The translations under genes were made by a program, and so were the position numbers. The notes beneath the pieces are model-generated. The model saw nothing but the letters and a program-made list of their open reading frames with translations, did no database searches and was not told the origin of the DNA. From Candidatus Omnitrophota bacterium (GTDB lineage: Bacteria > Omnitrophota > Gorgyraeia > Aquiviventales > Aquiviventaceae): DNA of 64,000 nt. This document shows positions 48,001 through 56,150 of the stretch, one piece after another (within the stretch, counting starts at the first letter, position 1; every line of letters starts with the position of its first letter). Where the stretch lies: contig JACPAY010000006.1 of NCBI GenBank assembly GCA_016180575.1, positions 10,165-74,164 of the forward strand, given 5' to 3'.

Positions 48001-48620
48001 AGCGCCCCCACCTGCCGGCGGACCTCGCCGATGATGTCCGCGATGCGGACCAGGTGCTCCTCCGTCTCGTCGAGCCGCCGCGTCGTCTCCTGCTTCTTCG
48101 CGAGGTACTTGGCGACGCCGCTCGCCTCCTCGAACACCACGCGCCGCTCCTCGGGCTTCGAGGAGAGGATCATGTCGATGTGGCCCTGCTCGATGATGGC
48201 GTACGTGCCGCCCCCGAGGCCGGTCCCCAGGAAGAGCTCATGGATGTCCCTGAGGCGGCACGGGCTCTGGTTGATCAGGCACTCGCTCTCGCCGGAGCGG
48301 AAGACGCGTCGGGTGATCGTCACCTCGGAAAACGAGATGGGCAGGAGCCCCTGCTCGTTGTCGATGGTGAGGCTCACCTCAGCCATCGAGAGGGGGGCCT
48401 TCTGGTCGGTGCCATTGAAGATGACGTCCTCGAGGCGGGGGGCGCGGACGTCGCGCGGGTTGTGCTCGCCGAGGACCCAGCGGATCGCGTCGACGATGTT
48501 GCTCTTGCCGGAGCCGTTCGGGCCGACGATGGCGGTGACGCCGTGCTCAAAATGGATCGCCGTCTTCTGCGCGAACGACTTGAACCCGACTAACTCAAGC
48601 TTCCTGACTCGCATACACAA
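45042..48620 (-). CDS. smc: chromosome partition protein SMC
   Basis: 1192 aa. Walker A (GPNGSGKSN), long coiled coils, hinge, signature LSGGE and Walker B (FCILDEIDAPLD). Confidence 0.95.
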   Translation of the reverse strand: MCMRVRKLELVGFKSFAQKTAIHFEHGVTAIVGPNGSGKSNIVDAIRWVLGEHNPRDVRAPRLEDVIFNGTDQKAPLSMAEVSLTIDNEQGLLPISFSEVTITRRVFRSGESECLINQSPCRLRDIHELFLGTGLGGGTYAIIEQGHIDMILSSKPEERRVVFEEASGVAKYLAKKQETTRRLDETEEHLVRIADIIGEVRRQVGALERAANKARQYKTQWEQLKSLELRLAVDELCGGESRHKELEARVQALQRERDEREAQKTAHMSSLEAANSAVSAVQQQLQALRTKAVECASQIEQHESQRALKARWIGELGAQTQGLEQEELQLRARLGQLEEQRSRLGGAESEIRAQLAAVQGQLSQGGEELSTLAAAVEAALRALTGAKAELFEAAAEASRQRNELAELTSQLQGLEAQLARLDAGRAQRAAQSEETRRRHQAIQQERETLQQQHDELQSSLAIAQRSLDASGARRHELAGRLHQVRDQLASERAQVALWEDLWRRYEGFPDTVKSLMTQSIDGLIGPLVDLVQAQPGYEEVVEAALGPLADALVVRDRAALSRCRQAMSTQQLAGCRFLVLSDCPVALSMERVEVSEGVTGAVKEFVRAEPEYQPLVDWLLNDSWVIDDIQRLLAGRAAPQGRLVSVRGDRWDRRSWRFGGTRAPAHGRLGRKQRWEQGQSALQARELEFLRLESEAAEAEQAWQTCLTEQESARGRFAQALPALHKLDAQLGQLAREMQRLDEERAAGELEMQELAARQAELQASLAAARQAVEEAERRQQTLERSLAEAQASREASEQRKQELLIARAQVEASLQSLTERLGALEARVHEVESDRAQLAQQLEAKAKQRVDAQARSAELAQQVEAHEAGGRQLQEERARVEAEAATVGQALREEEAKRDQLLPHFLAVEQQLSALMREIQEQAQQLSERAFRRSHLVERLRELYQIDEAAVQTEQQANPSPLTEEQRAFDAEQIQKLRAKLEGIGPVSLGSVEEYDELKRRFEFLQTQQQDLVQARDDLKASITQINRTARAQFRETFARITEEFKHYYARLFNGGEADLILLDEEEVLESGIDIVARPPGKRLQSISLLSGGERALTAVALLFALFKVRPSPFCILDEIDAPLDEANVDRFTRVLEEFLALSQFILVTHNKKTITKADSLYGVTMEEAGISKILSAKLTPGAQPAAPVPA

Positions 48621-49424
48621 TCAGCCGACGATGTCTTCCCCGCCGTCGGCGCCGATGACGTTGCCCGTCACCCAGTCGGCGCCGCCCACGGACAGGACCG
48701 CGATGGCCTGGGCGACGTCCTCCGGGGTCGTGAGGCGGTGGTGGGGGTTGCGCAGCTTCGAGAACTCCATCATCTGCTCGTTGCCCGGGATCTTGCGCAG
48801 CGCCGGCGTGTCGGTGACGCCCGCGCGGATGCAGTTGGCGGTGGCCCCGTGGGGGGCCAGCTCCATCGCGAGCTGGCGGATGTGCGATTCGAGCGCCGCC
48901 TTCGCCGCGGAGACCGCGCCGTAGGTCGGCCAGACCCGCGTGCCGCCCGAGCTCGTCATGGCATAGATCCGCGAGCCCTTCCCCAGCAGCTTGCGGGTGA
49001 GCAGGTCCTGGACCCAGTAGACGAGGCTGTTGGCCATGACGTCCAGCGTCATCTCCATTTGGTCCTTGGTCAGCTGCTCCTTGGGGTCGGCGGCGAGGTA
49101 GGGCTTGAGCGTCCCGAAGGCGAGCGAGTGCATCAGCACGGTGACGGGTGCACCCCCCAGTTTAGGCTGGACCGCCTCCAGCACCTCCTGCCGCTTGACC
49201 GGGTCCGCCGCGTTCACGTTGAAGAAGATGGCCTGGACCCCGCTGCCCTGGAGTTCCTTGACGAGCTGCTCGATGCCGGCCAGCGCCGCCCGCCGGTCCA
49301 GATGCACCCCGATGATGTGCATGCCGCAGCGGGCCAGTTCCCGCGCCGTCGCGGCGCCGAACCCGCTGGAGGCACCCAGGATCAGCGCCCATTTGCCCTT
49401 CAGATCGCCGGATGCCGTCGTCAT
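48621..49424 (-). CDS. SDR-family oxidoreductase, FabL-like enoyl-ACP reductase candidate
   Basis: 267 aa. GASSGFG cofactor motif and YxxxK (YGAVSAAKAA). Overall pattern resembles FabL as I recall it. Confidence 0.6.
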   Translation of the reverse strand: MTTASGDLKGKWALILGASSGFGAATARELARCGMHIIGVHLDRRAALAGIEQLVKELQGSGVQAIFFNVNAADPVKRQEVLEAVQPKLGGAPVTVLMHSLAFGTLKPYLAADPKEQLTKDQMEMTLDVMANSLVYWVQDLLTRKLLGKGSRIYAMTSSGGTRVWPTYGAVSAAKAALESHIRQLAMELAPHGATANCIRAGVTDTPALRKIPGNEQMMEFSKLRNPHHRLTTPEDVAQAIAVLSVGGADWVTGNVIGADGGEDIVG

Positions 49425-49472
49425 GCGTGAACCGGTAGCTTAGCATCGAGGCTGCAGGGGCGCAACGACATT

Positions 49473-51290
49473 TTACGGCTCATATTCGACCGCCATCCGG
49501 AACCGCATCTCGCTCGCGGGCGCGCCTTCGGGGAACGGCGGAAACGGCTGCGCCTGCCCGATGGCCTCCGTCGCGGCGAGGACGAACGGCTCGCCCTGGG
49601 GGCTGGTGATGTCCTGGTCCCCAATCAGCCGCCCGTCATGGCTCAGGGTGAACGAGACGATGGCCGAGCCCTGCGGCAGGGCGGCGGCCCGGAACTGGCT
49701 GATGAGGGCGGCCTGCAGGCGGCTGCGCACCGCATCGCGGTAGCTGGCCGGCAGCGGCTCCTGGAGCACCACCGCCGGCTCCGCCTCGACGGGCGGCCTT
49801 CCCGCCGACTGCGAGCCGTCCGGCAGGACCACTTGCGGCGTCAGGAAGACCACCAGCTCCGTCTTCTTCTTCGTGCCCGTCGAGCCCCGGAACGGCACCC
49901 CCAGGAACGGGATGTCGCCCAGGACCGGCACGCGCGAGTCGGTCTTGCTGTCCTTCGTCTCGATGAGCCCCCCGATGATGAGCGTGACACCGCTTTTCAC
50001 GAGCACGTTCGTCTCGGCCTCGGTGGAGGTCACAATGGGGATGCGGTTGTTCTGGAAGGTCGCGATCTCGGAGCTGCTCACCTCGGGGCGGATCTTCATC
50101 TGGACGTGGCCGTCGGGCTTGACGCTCGGGGTGACGTAGAGCTTCGTGCCGACGTCCACGAATTGGATCTCCGGGGCGGTGACGGTCGAGCCGGTGGCGG
50201 GCACCGTCGTCGTGGTCGTCACCACCGCCTCGCGGGTGCCGACCAGGATCTTCGCTTCCTGGTTGTTGGACACCATGATGCGCGGGTTGGAGATCGTTTC
50301 TGTCGTGGTCAGCTTCTTCAGCGCCTCGATGATGAGCTGCGAGTTGCCGGTGCCCGAGACGAGCTTCAGCGCGCCGCCGGTGGCCGTTCCTCCGACAATG
50401 TCGCTCAGCACCCGGAAGTTTGAGCGGGCGGTGGCATCCAAGCCGCCCAGCACCTTGGTCCAGTCGACGCCGAGGTCCATCTGGTTGGTCAAATCCACTT
50501 TGAGAATCTTGGCGTCGATGAGCACCTGGCCGTCGGGCACGTCGAAGGCACGCACGACCTGGTCCGCCTTCTGCAGCACCTCTTCCAGGTCCGAGATGAC
50601 CGCCTTGTTCGTGCGCGCGTCGAAGGTGAACGTCCCCACCGGCGAGAGCAGCTCCTGCACCTTCTCCTTGAGCTTCTCGGCATCCGCGTAGTTGAACGAG
50701 TAGACGCGGGTCTGGGTCGGCCGGTCGAGCGTCTTCAGCAGGCGCTGCATCTCCTCAAGGCGAAGCGGCACGTCGGTGAGGATCACCGTGTTGGTCCCCT
50801 CGTCCACCACGATGAGCCCGACCGTCGATTTGACCTGGTTGAGGACGGTGGCCACCTGGACCGCCTTCGCGTACCGCAGCGGGTGGATGAGGTTGCGCGT
50901 GCGCGCCTGGAACTTCTCGCCGTAGATGAGCTCGTAGTCGCGCGCCGTCATGACGGTCACGATGTCGCCCCGCTGCTCGTAGGCCAAGTCGTTTGCGCCG
51001 ATGATGAGCTCGAAGGCGTCCCAGACGTCGACGTCGTTCACGAAGATGGTGATGCGCCCCGTCACGTTGCGGCCGGCGACGAAGTTGAGCCCGCTCTTCT
51101 GCGAGAACAGCTTCAGGACGTCGAGGATGTCCACGCCTTTGAGGTCGAGTGAGATGCGCTGGCCCGTCCGCGCGGGGCTCTCGGCGCCCGGAGGGGCCGC
51201 CGGCGCCTGCGCCTCCGCCGCGCCCGCCAGACTGATCACAACGGCCATGGCCGCGCCGACCGCTCCCCGACCTCTACGCATCCGTCCCAC
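49473..51290 (-). CDS. gspD: secretin (GspD/PilQ/MshL-type) with C-terminal TonB_C-like extension
   Basis: 605 aa. Signal peptide, secretin N-domains, secretin core (VPVLGDIPFLGVPFR), then an ~89-aa tail resembling a TonB/TolA C-terminal domain. Confidence 0.85.
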   Translation of the reverse strand: MGRMRRGRGAVGAAMAVVISLAGAAEAQAPAAPPGAESPARTGQRISLDLKGVDILDVLKLFSQKSGLNFVAGRNVTGRITIFVNDVDVWDAFELIIGANDLAYEQRGDIVTVMTARDYELIYGEKFQARTRNLIHPLRYAKAVQVATVLNQVKSTVGLIVVDEGTNTVILTDVPLRLEEMQRLLKTLDRPTQTRVYSFNYADAEKLKEKVQELLSPVGTFTFDARTNKAVISDLEEVLQKADQVVRAFDVPDGQVLIDAKILKVDLTNQMDLGVDWTKVLGGLDATARSNFRVLSDIVGGTATGGALKLVSGTGNSQLIIEALKKLTTTETISNPRIMVSNNQEAKILVGTREAVVTTTTTVPATGSTVTAPEIQFVDVGTKLYVTPSVKPDGHVQMKIRPEVSSSEIATFQNNRIPIVTSTEAETNVLVKSGVTLIIGGLIETKDSKTDSRVPVLGDIPFLGVPFRGSTGTKKKTELVVFLTPQVVLPDGSQSAGRPPVEAEPAVVLQEPLPASYRDAVRSRLQAALISQFRAAALPQGSAIVSFTLSHDGRLIGDQDITSPQGEPFVLAATEAIGQAQPFPPFPEGAPASEMRFRMAVEYEP

Positions 51291-51296
51291 CTCCTC

Positions 51297-51932
51297 TCAC
51301 AGGCCCAGCTCGACCCGTTCCCCTGCCAGGTTCAAGACGACGCGGTTGTCCAGGACCTGCTCCAGCACCGCGCCGTCCACGACCATCTGCCCCTCGGTCA
51401 CGAAATAGGTCTTCTGCGTCGTTGAATCCTCGATGATCGCCTGCGCCGGATGGCCGGCGACGATGCCCATGAGCGTCAGCCGGGACGCCAGCTGCGCCGC
51501 CGACCCGCTGGGCTTCGAGGGCTCGGCGGCGGCGGACGCGGCGGGGGGCGCAAAGAGCGGCCGGGAGGCCGCGGCGGCGAGCGAGGGGATCTCCGGCGCC
51601 TCCGGCTCGGCCGGCGCCACGGCGGGCGTGGCGCCGCCGGCCGGGAACGCCATGACGGCCGGCATCGTCACCGTCACCGCGGGAAGCGGGCGGAGCGCCT
51701 GCACGAGCAGGATGACGAGCTCGACGCCCAGGACCACGCCGAGGAGCCCGATGGCCGTCCGGAGCGACGGGAGCCTCCGCGCGCGGCCGGATGAGCCGAG
51801 AGGCGGGCGAATCGCCGCGGCGGCTCCGCCGGCCGGCGCGGCATCCTCCGCCGCCCCCGCGGCGATCGGCCGGGGCGATGCCCCCTTGCCGCGGATCAGC
51901 TTGAGCAGCTTCTCTTCAGGCGGTGGCTTCAT
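51297..51932 (-). CDS. GspC/PilP-like inner-membrane secretion component
   Basis: ATG at 51932 (MKPPPEEKLLKLI). One TM helix, Ala/Pro-rich linker, C-terminal beta domain (TLMGIVAG..AIIED...YFVTEGQ). Sits immediately upstream of the secretin. Confidence 0.45.
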   Translation of the reverse strand: MKPPPEEKLLKLIRGKGASPRPIAAGAAEDAAPAGGAAAAIRPPLGSSGRARRLPSLRTAIGLLGVVLGVELVILLVQALRPLPAVTVTMPAVMAFPAGGATPAVAPAEPEAPEIPSLAAAASRPLFAPPAASAAAEPSKPSGSAAQLASRLTLMGIVAGHPAQAIIEDSTTQKTYFVTEGQMVVDGAVLEQVLDNRVVLNLAGERVELGL

Positions 51933-52767
51933 GCGGAGGCGCCTCGCGGGCCCAGTGGACCTCGTCCTGGAGGAGGGCGTCAATCATCGCCTCGTCCGCC
52001 AGCGATTTGTCGTGCATCACCAGCGACTCCAGCGTGTTGTGGCACAAGAGCGCGATCCGGCGGGGATAGCCCTGCGTGGCATGGTGGATGGCGCGGACCG
52101 CCTCCGGCGTAAACAGGACCTGCCCGTCGGCCAATCCGGCCGACTGCAGCCGGAACTGGATCATCTCCGCGGTCTCCTGCTCGCTGAACGGGTTGATGAT
52201 GTACTTCATGGCCGCGCGGTCCATGAAGTTCCGGATCCGCCCGATGCGCGCGAGGAGCTCCATCTGCGCGAAGATGACGAGCTGGAGGAGCTTGAACTCG
52301 TTCGTCTCGTAGTTGAGGAGCATGCGGAGGTTCTCCAGCATGTCGAGCGAGAGCTTCTGGCCCTCATCCACGATGAGCACCGTGGTCTTCCCCTCCATCA
52401 CCCCGCCCTGGAAGAGGTGGTGCTCGATCGCCTCGCGGCAGTCGAGCGTGGACTTGCCCGGGGCCTGGACGCCGAAGAGGCGGGAGAGGTGCGTGAGGAA
52501 CTGGTACTCGGATTCGAACGAGGGATCCAGGATCATGTGGAAGGCGAAGCCGTCCTCCTGCGGCACGTTGGCCAGGAGGGTGCGGGCGAGCGTCGTCTTG
52601 CCGGTCCCCACATCCCCCAGGATCAGGGAGAGCCCGCGGCGAAGCCGGATGGCGATCTCAAGGCGCGCGAGCGCCTGCATGTGGGAGCTGGAGCGGAAGA
52701 AGAAGGCGGGGTCCGGGCTCGTCGAAAACGGCTCCTTCGTCAATCCCAGCGCCTGGTAGTAGCTCAT
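51916..52767 (-). CDS. ExeA/GspA/MshM-type AAA ATPase
   Basis: 283 aa (MSYYQALGLTKEPFSTSPDPAFFF, GDVGTGKTTL). Confidence 0.8.
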   Translation of the reverse strand: MSYYQALGLTKEPFSTSPDPAFFFRSSSHMQALARLEIAIRLRRGLSLILGDVGTGKTTLARTLLANVPQEDGFAFHMILDPSFESEYQFLTHLSRLFGVQAPGKSTLDCREAIEHHLFQGGVMEGKTTVLIVDEGQKLSLDMLENLRMLLNYETNEFKLLQLVIFAQMELLARIGRIRNFMDRAAMKYIINPFSEQETAEMIQFRLQSAGLADGQVLFTPEAVRAIHHATQGYPRRIALLCHNTLESLVMHDKSLADEAMIDALLQDEVHWAREAPPHEATA

Positions 52768-53041
52768 TGGCTGCTGGAGGCTGGCCCGCCCCGGCGCTCG
52801 CCAGGGTCGGGCCGGGGAGGCTGGAGGCGATCTCAGCGAGGCTCTTCTGCTGCTTGCGCCACGCGCGGATCTGTGAGAGGCGGCTCAACGTCGAGTCGTC
52901 GAAATAGCGGAAGCGGGTCTGGGGGCTTCTGCCGGTCTCTTGGATGAGGCCGAGCTTGAGGTAAAACTTGATGGTATGAATCGACTGGCCGCTGAGACGT
53001 GATAAGTCTTTTATGAGATAGATATTAGCGCTGACTGGCAT
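52658..53041 (-). CDS. MerR-family HTH regulator
   Basis: N-terminal MerR HTH (YLIKDLSRLSGQSIHTIKFYLKLGLI...RFRYFDDSTLSRLSQIRAWRK). ATG at 53041 (ORF-track TTG at 53044). The tail overlaps the exeA-like start by ~110 nt in another frame. Confidence 0.6.
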   Translation of the reverse strand: MPVSANIYLIKDLSRLSGQSIHTIKFYLKLGLIQETGRSPQTRFRYFDDSTLSRLSQIRAWRKQQKSLAEIASSLPGPTLASAGAGQPPAANELLPGAGIDEGAVFDEPGPRLLLPLQLPHAGARAP

Positions 53042-53047
53042 CAACCA

Positions 53048-53063
53048 CTCTCTATATAGAGAG
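53048..53063. promoter_or_regulatory. 16-bp perfect palindrome CTCTCTATATAGAGAG
   Basis: Lies between the predicted promoter and the MerR-like ATG, 6 nt upstream of it. Candidate operator. Confidence 0.5.
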
Positions 53064-53074
53064 TAGATGGTGCA

Positions 53075-53102
53075 AGCATAGCACGAAACACTTCCATGTC
53101 AA
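53075..53102 (-). promoter_or_regulatory. sigma70-type promoter (TTGACA-16-TATGCT) for the MerR-like/exeA/gspC/gspD unit
   Basis: -35 at 53102..53097 and -10 at 53080..53075. An A-tract plus half a family-1 motif (AAAAAAGTACCGCGG) abuts the -35. Confidence 0.45.
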
Positions 53103-53119
53103 GAAAAAAGTACCGCGGG

Positions 53120-53212
53120 TGACGCGGAGCCGGGGACCCCGCCGCCTGCCCGCAGTCCCGCCGATGGCGGGACGAGGACAGCCGGTGGGGTGGCGGCGCG
53201 GCAGGACCCGCG
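53120..53212. repeat. GC-rich long-hairpin repeat, copy 3 (inverted orientation)
   Basis: TGACGCGGAGCCGGGGACCCCGCCGCCTGCCCGCA-gtcccgccgatggcgggac-GAGGACAGCCGGTGGGGTGGCGGCGCGGCAGGACCCGC. Ends 4 nt from the pilO-like stop. Confidence 0.9.
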
Positions 53213-53216
53213 GGCG

Positions 53217-53741
53217 CTACTGGGTGGTGAGCTGTTGGAGGACGAGGTTGGCGCGCAGCAGGTCCGGTTTCGCCGGCGTGGCCGCGATCCGGACCCGCTC
53301 GACGGTGATCAGCTTCGGCAGGCGCAGGAGCGCATCGAGGAACGCCAGGACCTCCTGCTGGGACCCCTCCGCGTCCAGCTCCACCTCGAAGCGGCTCAAC
53401 GCGCCGTCCTGCCGGGACGGCCGCGGCTTGAGGTTCAGGCGGACGCTCGCGCGGCGCGAGAGCGATTCGAGCTCGTCCAACAGCGCCCCCTGCGCCGATT
53501 CCGCGTCGCCGGTCTGGAGGTACGGCGCCGCGTCGAGGTACTCGCGCTCGATGGAGGGGGCCCGCGCCAGCAGGCGGTTGAACCCGTCGAGCTTCTGCGC
53601 CTGGGTCTCGACGCGGAGCCGCAGGTCCCGGACGCGCCCCCAGAGCGGCTGGACCAGCCATGAGAGGAAGACCCAGCAGCCGATGAGGACGCCCGCGACG
53701 AGCGCCAGGCGCCGCTCGCGCGGCCGCAGCGCCGCCGTCAT
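53217..53741 (-). CDS. PilO/GspM-like bitopic assembly protein
   Basis: 174 aa. N-terminal TM helix, coiled coil, C-terminal alpha/beta domain. Overlaps the stop of the PilM/N-like gene. Confidence 0.55.
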   Translation of the reverse strand: MTAALRPRERRLALVAGVLIGCWVFLSWLVQPLWGRVRDLRLRVETQAQKLDGFNRLLARAPSIEREYLDAAPYLQTGDAESAQGALLDELESLSRRASVRLNLKPRPSRQDGALSRFEVELDAEGSQQEVLAFLDALLRLPKLITVERVRIAATPAKPDLLRANLVLQQLTTQ

Positions 53742-55168
53742 CCGGCCTCCCCCTGGCGCAGGATGAGCTCAAACTCCGTGCGCTCGCCCGACGGGCTTGA
53801 GCGCCGCGTGGAGTGCTTCAGCTGCGCGGCGCCGATGCCGTCCAGCTGCTCCAGCTGCTTGAGGTACTCCAGCACCGTCTGCGTGGAGGCCGCATGGCCG
53901 CGCACCCCGACCTCCTGCCTGGCGCGCTCGAACGTCAGCGCCTCCAGCGTCACCTCGGGCGGCGTTGCGGCCAGCACGCCGGCAAGATGCCGCGCCAATT
54001 GGCGGCGGTTGCCGATCACGGTCTCGACGAGCTGGGCGGAGCGCGTCTTGTCCTGCAGTCCGCGGGCGGCCGGCTCAACCGCGGCCAGCGCCTGGTCAAG
54101 CTCCCGCGCCTGCCGCCGTTCCCGGAACGTTTGCAGGCCGAGGAGGCCGGAGCCCAGCGCCAGCACGCTCAATAAGAGGATTCCCACCGCCACCAGCTCT
54201 CGGACCTGCGCGCGATGCCGCACATGCGCGCGGACCTCCGGCGGGCTGAGGTTGAGCAGCCCGCGCAGCTCTCCGCACGCAAGCCCCCCGACCACCACGG
54301 GCGATCCCGCGGGGGGTACTGCGGCCGGCCAGCGTCCCAGCGGCGCCGCCCCATCGACCGCGGTGACCGGCAGCCCCAGCCGCTGCGCCAGCGGCTCGCG
54401 CCAGGCCGCGACGCCCGCGCCGCCGGTCAGCACGACCGAGCGCACCGACACACCCGGCAGCTCTTTCTGGATCGACGACTGGCTCCGCTCCACCTCCGCG
54501 TGGAGCAGCTCCGCGACGTCGCCTCCGGCTCCCCACTCCGCGGTCCCCTGCCCGACGCCGCGGCTCGACACGATGCGGTCCTCGCTGATCAGGACGAGGT
54601 CCGTCCGCGTGTCATCGACATGGATGACCAGCGCCGGCTCCAGGGCCGCCGCAGCGCCGAGGGCCTTCCCCGAGCGGCGGAACAGGCGGTACCACTCCAG
54701 CACCCCCCACGAGCTGAGCGTCAACAGGTCCGGGGAGAGCCCGGCCTCGCGCAGCGCGGCGACGGAGCGCTCGACGACCTCGCGCTGGCAGGCGACGACC
54801 GCCACCATGCTGAACTCCCCCTGCCGCTTCAGGACATGGAAGTCCACCACCGTCTGCTCCCGGGGATACGGCAGCTGCGCCTTGGCGTAGAGCTCGACCA
54901 TCTGGGAAAGCTCCGCGGGCTCGGCGGATGGGAACGTGACCAGCCGGCTGATGGCTTGTTCGCGCGGCACGATCCCGATGACCTGGGCCGCCGCGGTCTT
55001 GGTCGTCCGGAGCAGCCCGCGCAGCGCCGTGCCGACGCCGCTTGCGCCGAGCGGCTGGCTGTGGACGGCGCGGAGGCGAAGGTTCCGCTCGGCCCCCTCG
55101 GCCACCGCCACGCGCAGCGTCGAGCGCGTCCACTCAATCACGAGCCGACTACTCATCTTCTTGGTCAC
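53738..55168 (-). CDS. PilM-PilN fusion (GspL-like) assembly protein
   Basis: 476 aa. Actin-like ATPase-fold N-terminal region, TM helix (LVAVGILLLSVLALG), PilN-like C-terminal region. GTG at 55168 or ATG at 55156. Confidence 0.7.
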   Translation of the reverse strand: MTKKMSSRLVIEWTRSTLRVAVAEGAERNLRLRAVHSQPLGASGVGTALRGLLRTTKTAAAQVIGIVPREQAISRLVTFPSAEPAELSQMVELYAKAQLPYPREQTVVDFHVLKRQGEFSMVAVVACQREVVERSVAALREAGLSPDLLTLSSWGVLEWYRLFRRSGKALGAAAALEPALVIHVDDTRTDLVLISEDRIVSSRGVGQGTAEWGAGGDVAELLHAEVERSQSSIQKELPGVSVRSVVLTGGAGVAAWREPLAQRLGLPVTAVDGAAPLGRWPAAVPPAGSPVVVGGLACGELRGLLNLSPPEVRAHVRHRAQVRELVAVGILLLSVLALGSGLLGLQTFRERRQARELDQALAAVEPAARGLQDKTRSAQLVETVIGNRRQLARHLAGVLAATPPEVTLEALTFERARQEVGVRGHAASTQTVLEYLKQLEQLDGIGAAQLKHSTRRSSPSGERTEFELILRQGEAG

Positions 55169-55192
55169 ATGTCACAGGGTCACAACGTCACA
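55164..55192. repeat. four direct TGTGAC repeats at 7-8 nt spacing
   Basis: GTCACA on the plus strand at 55164, 55171, 55179 and 55187. Fills the gspK-pilM/N spacer and overlaps the GTG start. Confidence 0.8.
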
Positions 55193-55205
55193 GGACACGG
55201 CGTCA

Positions 55206-56150
55206 TCACAGCTCCCGCCACGCGATGATGCACGGCTCAGGCCTCCCCTCGCCGCATCCCGCGCGCCGGACGACCGCTGCGACACGCGCCCGCGCCGCCG
55301 GGCGGGCCGTCACCCCTTCCGCGGCCACCGTGAACACCGTCGAGGCGACGCCGAACAGATTCGAGCTCAACAGGCTGCCGTCCTCCGTGCCGGTCAAGTC
55401 CACCCCCGCGGCATCCTTGAGCGTCTGGAGGATGGCCAGCCCCGATTCGGTGAAGATGCCGTCCTGCTCGTGTGACGCGGTCCCATCCGGGCCCTCCCGG
55501 TACGCCAGGACAAGCTGCACGGCGTTCTCGGTGAGCCCCGCCGCACGGAGCACCTCCGGTGTCGCGGTGTTCAGGTTCAGCGGCTCGGTCGCTGCCGCAT
55601 ACGGGCTCGTGTGCCCCTCCAGGATCTCGTAGCGTTCCTGCGTCATGCCGGGCAGGTCGGCCAGCTCCTCGGGCGCCGTGAACGGTCCGTTCTTCGCGAA
55701 ATACGGCGGGGTTCCCGCCGGTGAGTCCTCGGCGGGGTCCGGCTCATCGCGCGCATCGACGATGGCCTGCGCCAGGGTGTCATCCCCCGTCAGCCGGCCC
55801 AGCTGCTCGCGCGTCGCGTCGTTCAGGCGCAGCTTGCGCCCCTCGTCGCTGATCTCCACCCTGATCTCCGCCTCGTTCGGAGCGGGCGCGATCCACTCCC
55901 CGGACCACTCATCCCCCAGCCAATCATACACCTTGCCGTCCGATTCCGCCGCGTCGCGGGCCAGCCGCTCGCTCGCCAGATAGACCCCGCTCCTCGCCAG
56001 GGCCATCGCCCGCTCGCGGGCGAGGCGATGTTTCGTCAGCCGCACGTCGAGCGAGAGCTGCCGGCCGACCGACACCGCCAGCACCGAGAGCACCGCGACG
56101 AGCGACAGGCTGATGATGAGGACGGAGCCGCAACACCCGGCGCGTCTCAT
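55206..56150 (-). CDS. gspK: type II secretion minor pseudopilin GspK
   Basis: ATG at 56150 (MRRAGCCGSVLIISLSLVAVLSVLA). HhH region (LNLNTATPEVLRAAGL). The ORF-track N-terminal 47 aa were rejected. Confidence 0.75.
   Translation of the reverse strand: MRRAGCCGSVLIISLSLVAVLSVLAVSVGRQLSLDVRLTKHRLARERAMALARSGVYLASERLARDAAESDGKVYDWLGDEWSGEWIAPAPNEAEIRVEISDEGRKLRLNDATREQLGRLTGDDTLAQAIVDARDEPDPAEDSPAGTPPYFAKNGPFTAPEELADLPGMTQERYEILEGHTSPYAAATEPLNLNTATPEVLRAAGLTENAVQLVLAYREGPDGTASHEQDGIFTESGLAILQTLKDAAGVDLTGTEDGSLLSSNLFGVASTVFTVAAEGVTARPAARARVAAVVRRAGCGEGRPEPCIIAWREL

Noticed and set aside
52658-52767. The 110-nt overlap of the MerR-like ORF with the exeA-like gene, considered as evidence of a frameshift or sequencing error.
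   Set aside because: This cannot be decided from one sequence. High GC naturally delays stop codons and both reading frames look intact. It is flagged within the MerR finding instead.
53119-53766. Arg/Gly/Pro-rich peptides encoded across the GC-rich repeat (SRGPRRLPA...GRGQPxGWRRGRTR, seen in ORFs at 53119, 63573 and the doxX tail) as a conserved small protein.
   Set aside because: All six frames are open across this element. The ORFs have no consistent starts, and the orientation relative to host genes differs. The multiple-of-three apex lengths are noted in the findings but are insufficient (chance of roughly 1 in 27) to call a coding element.
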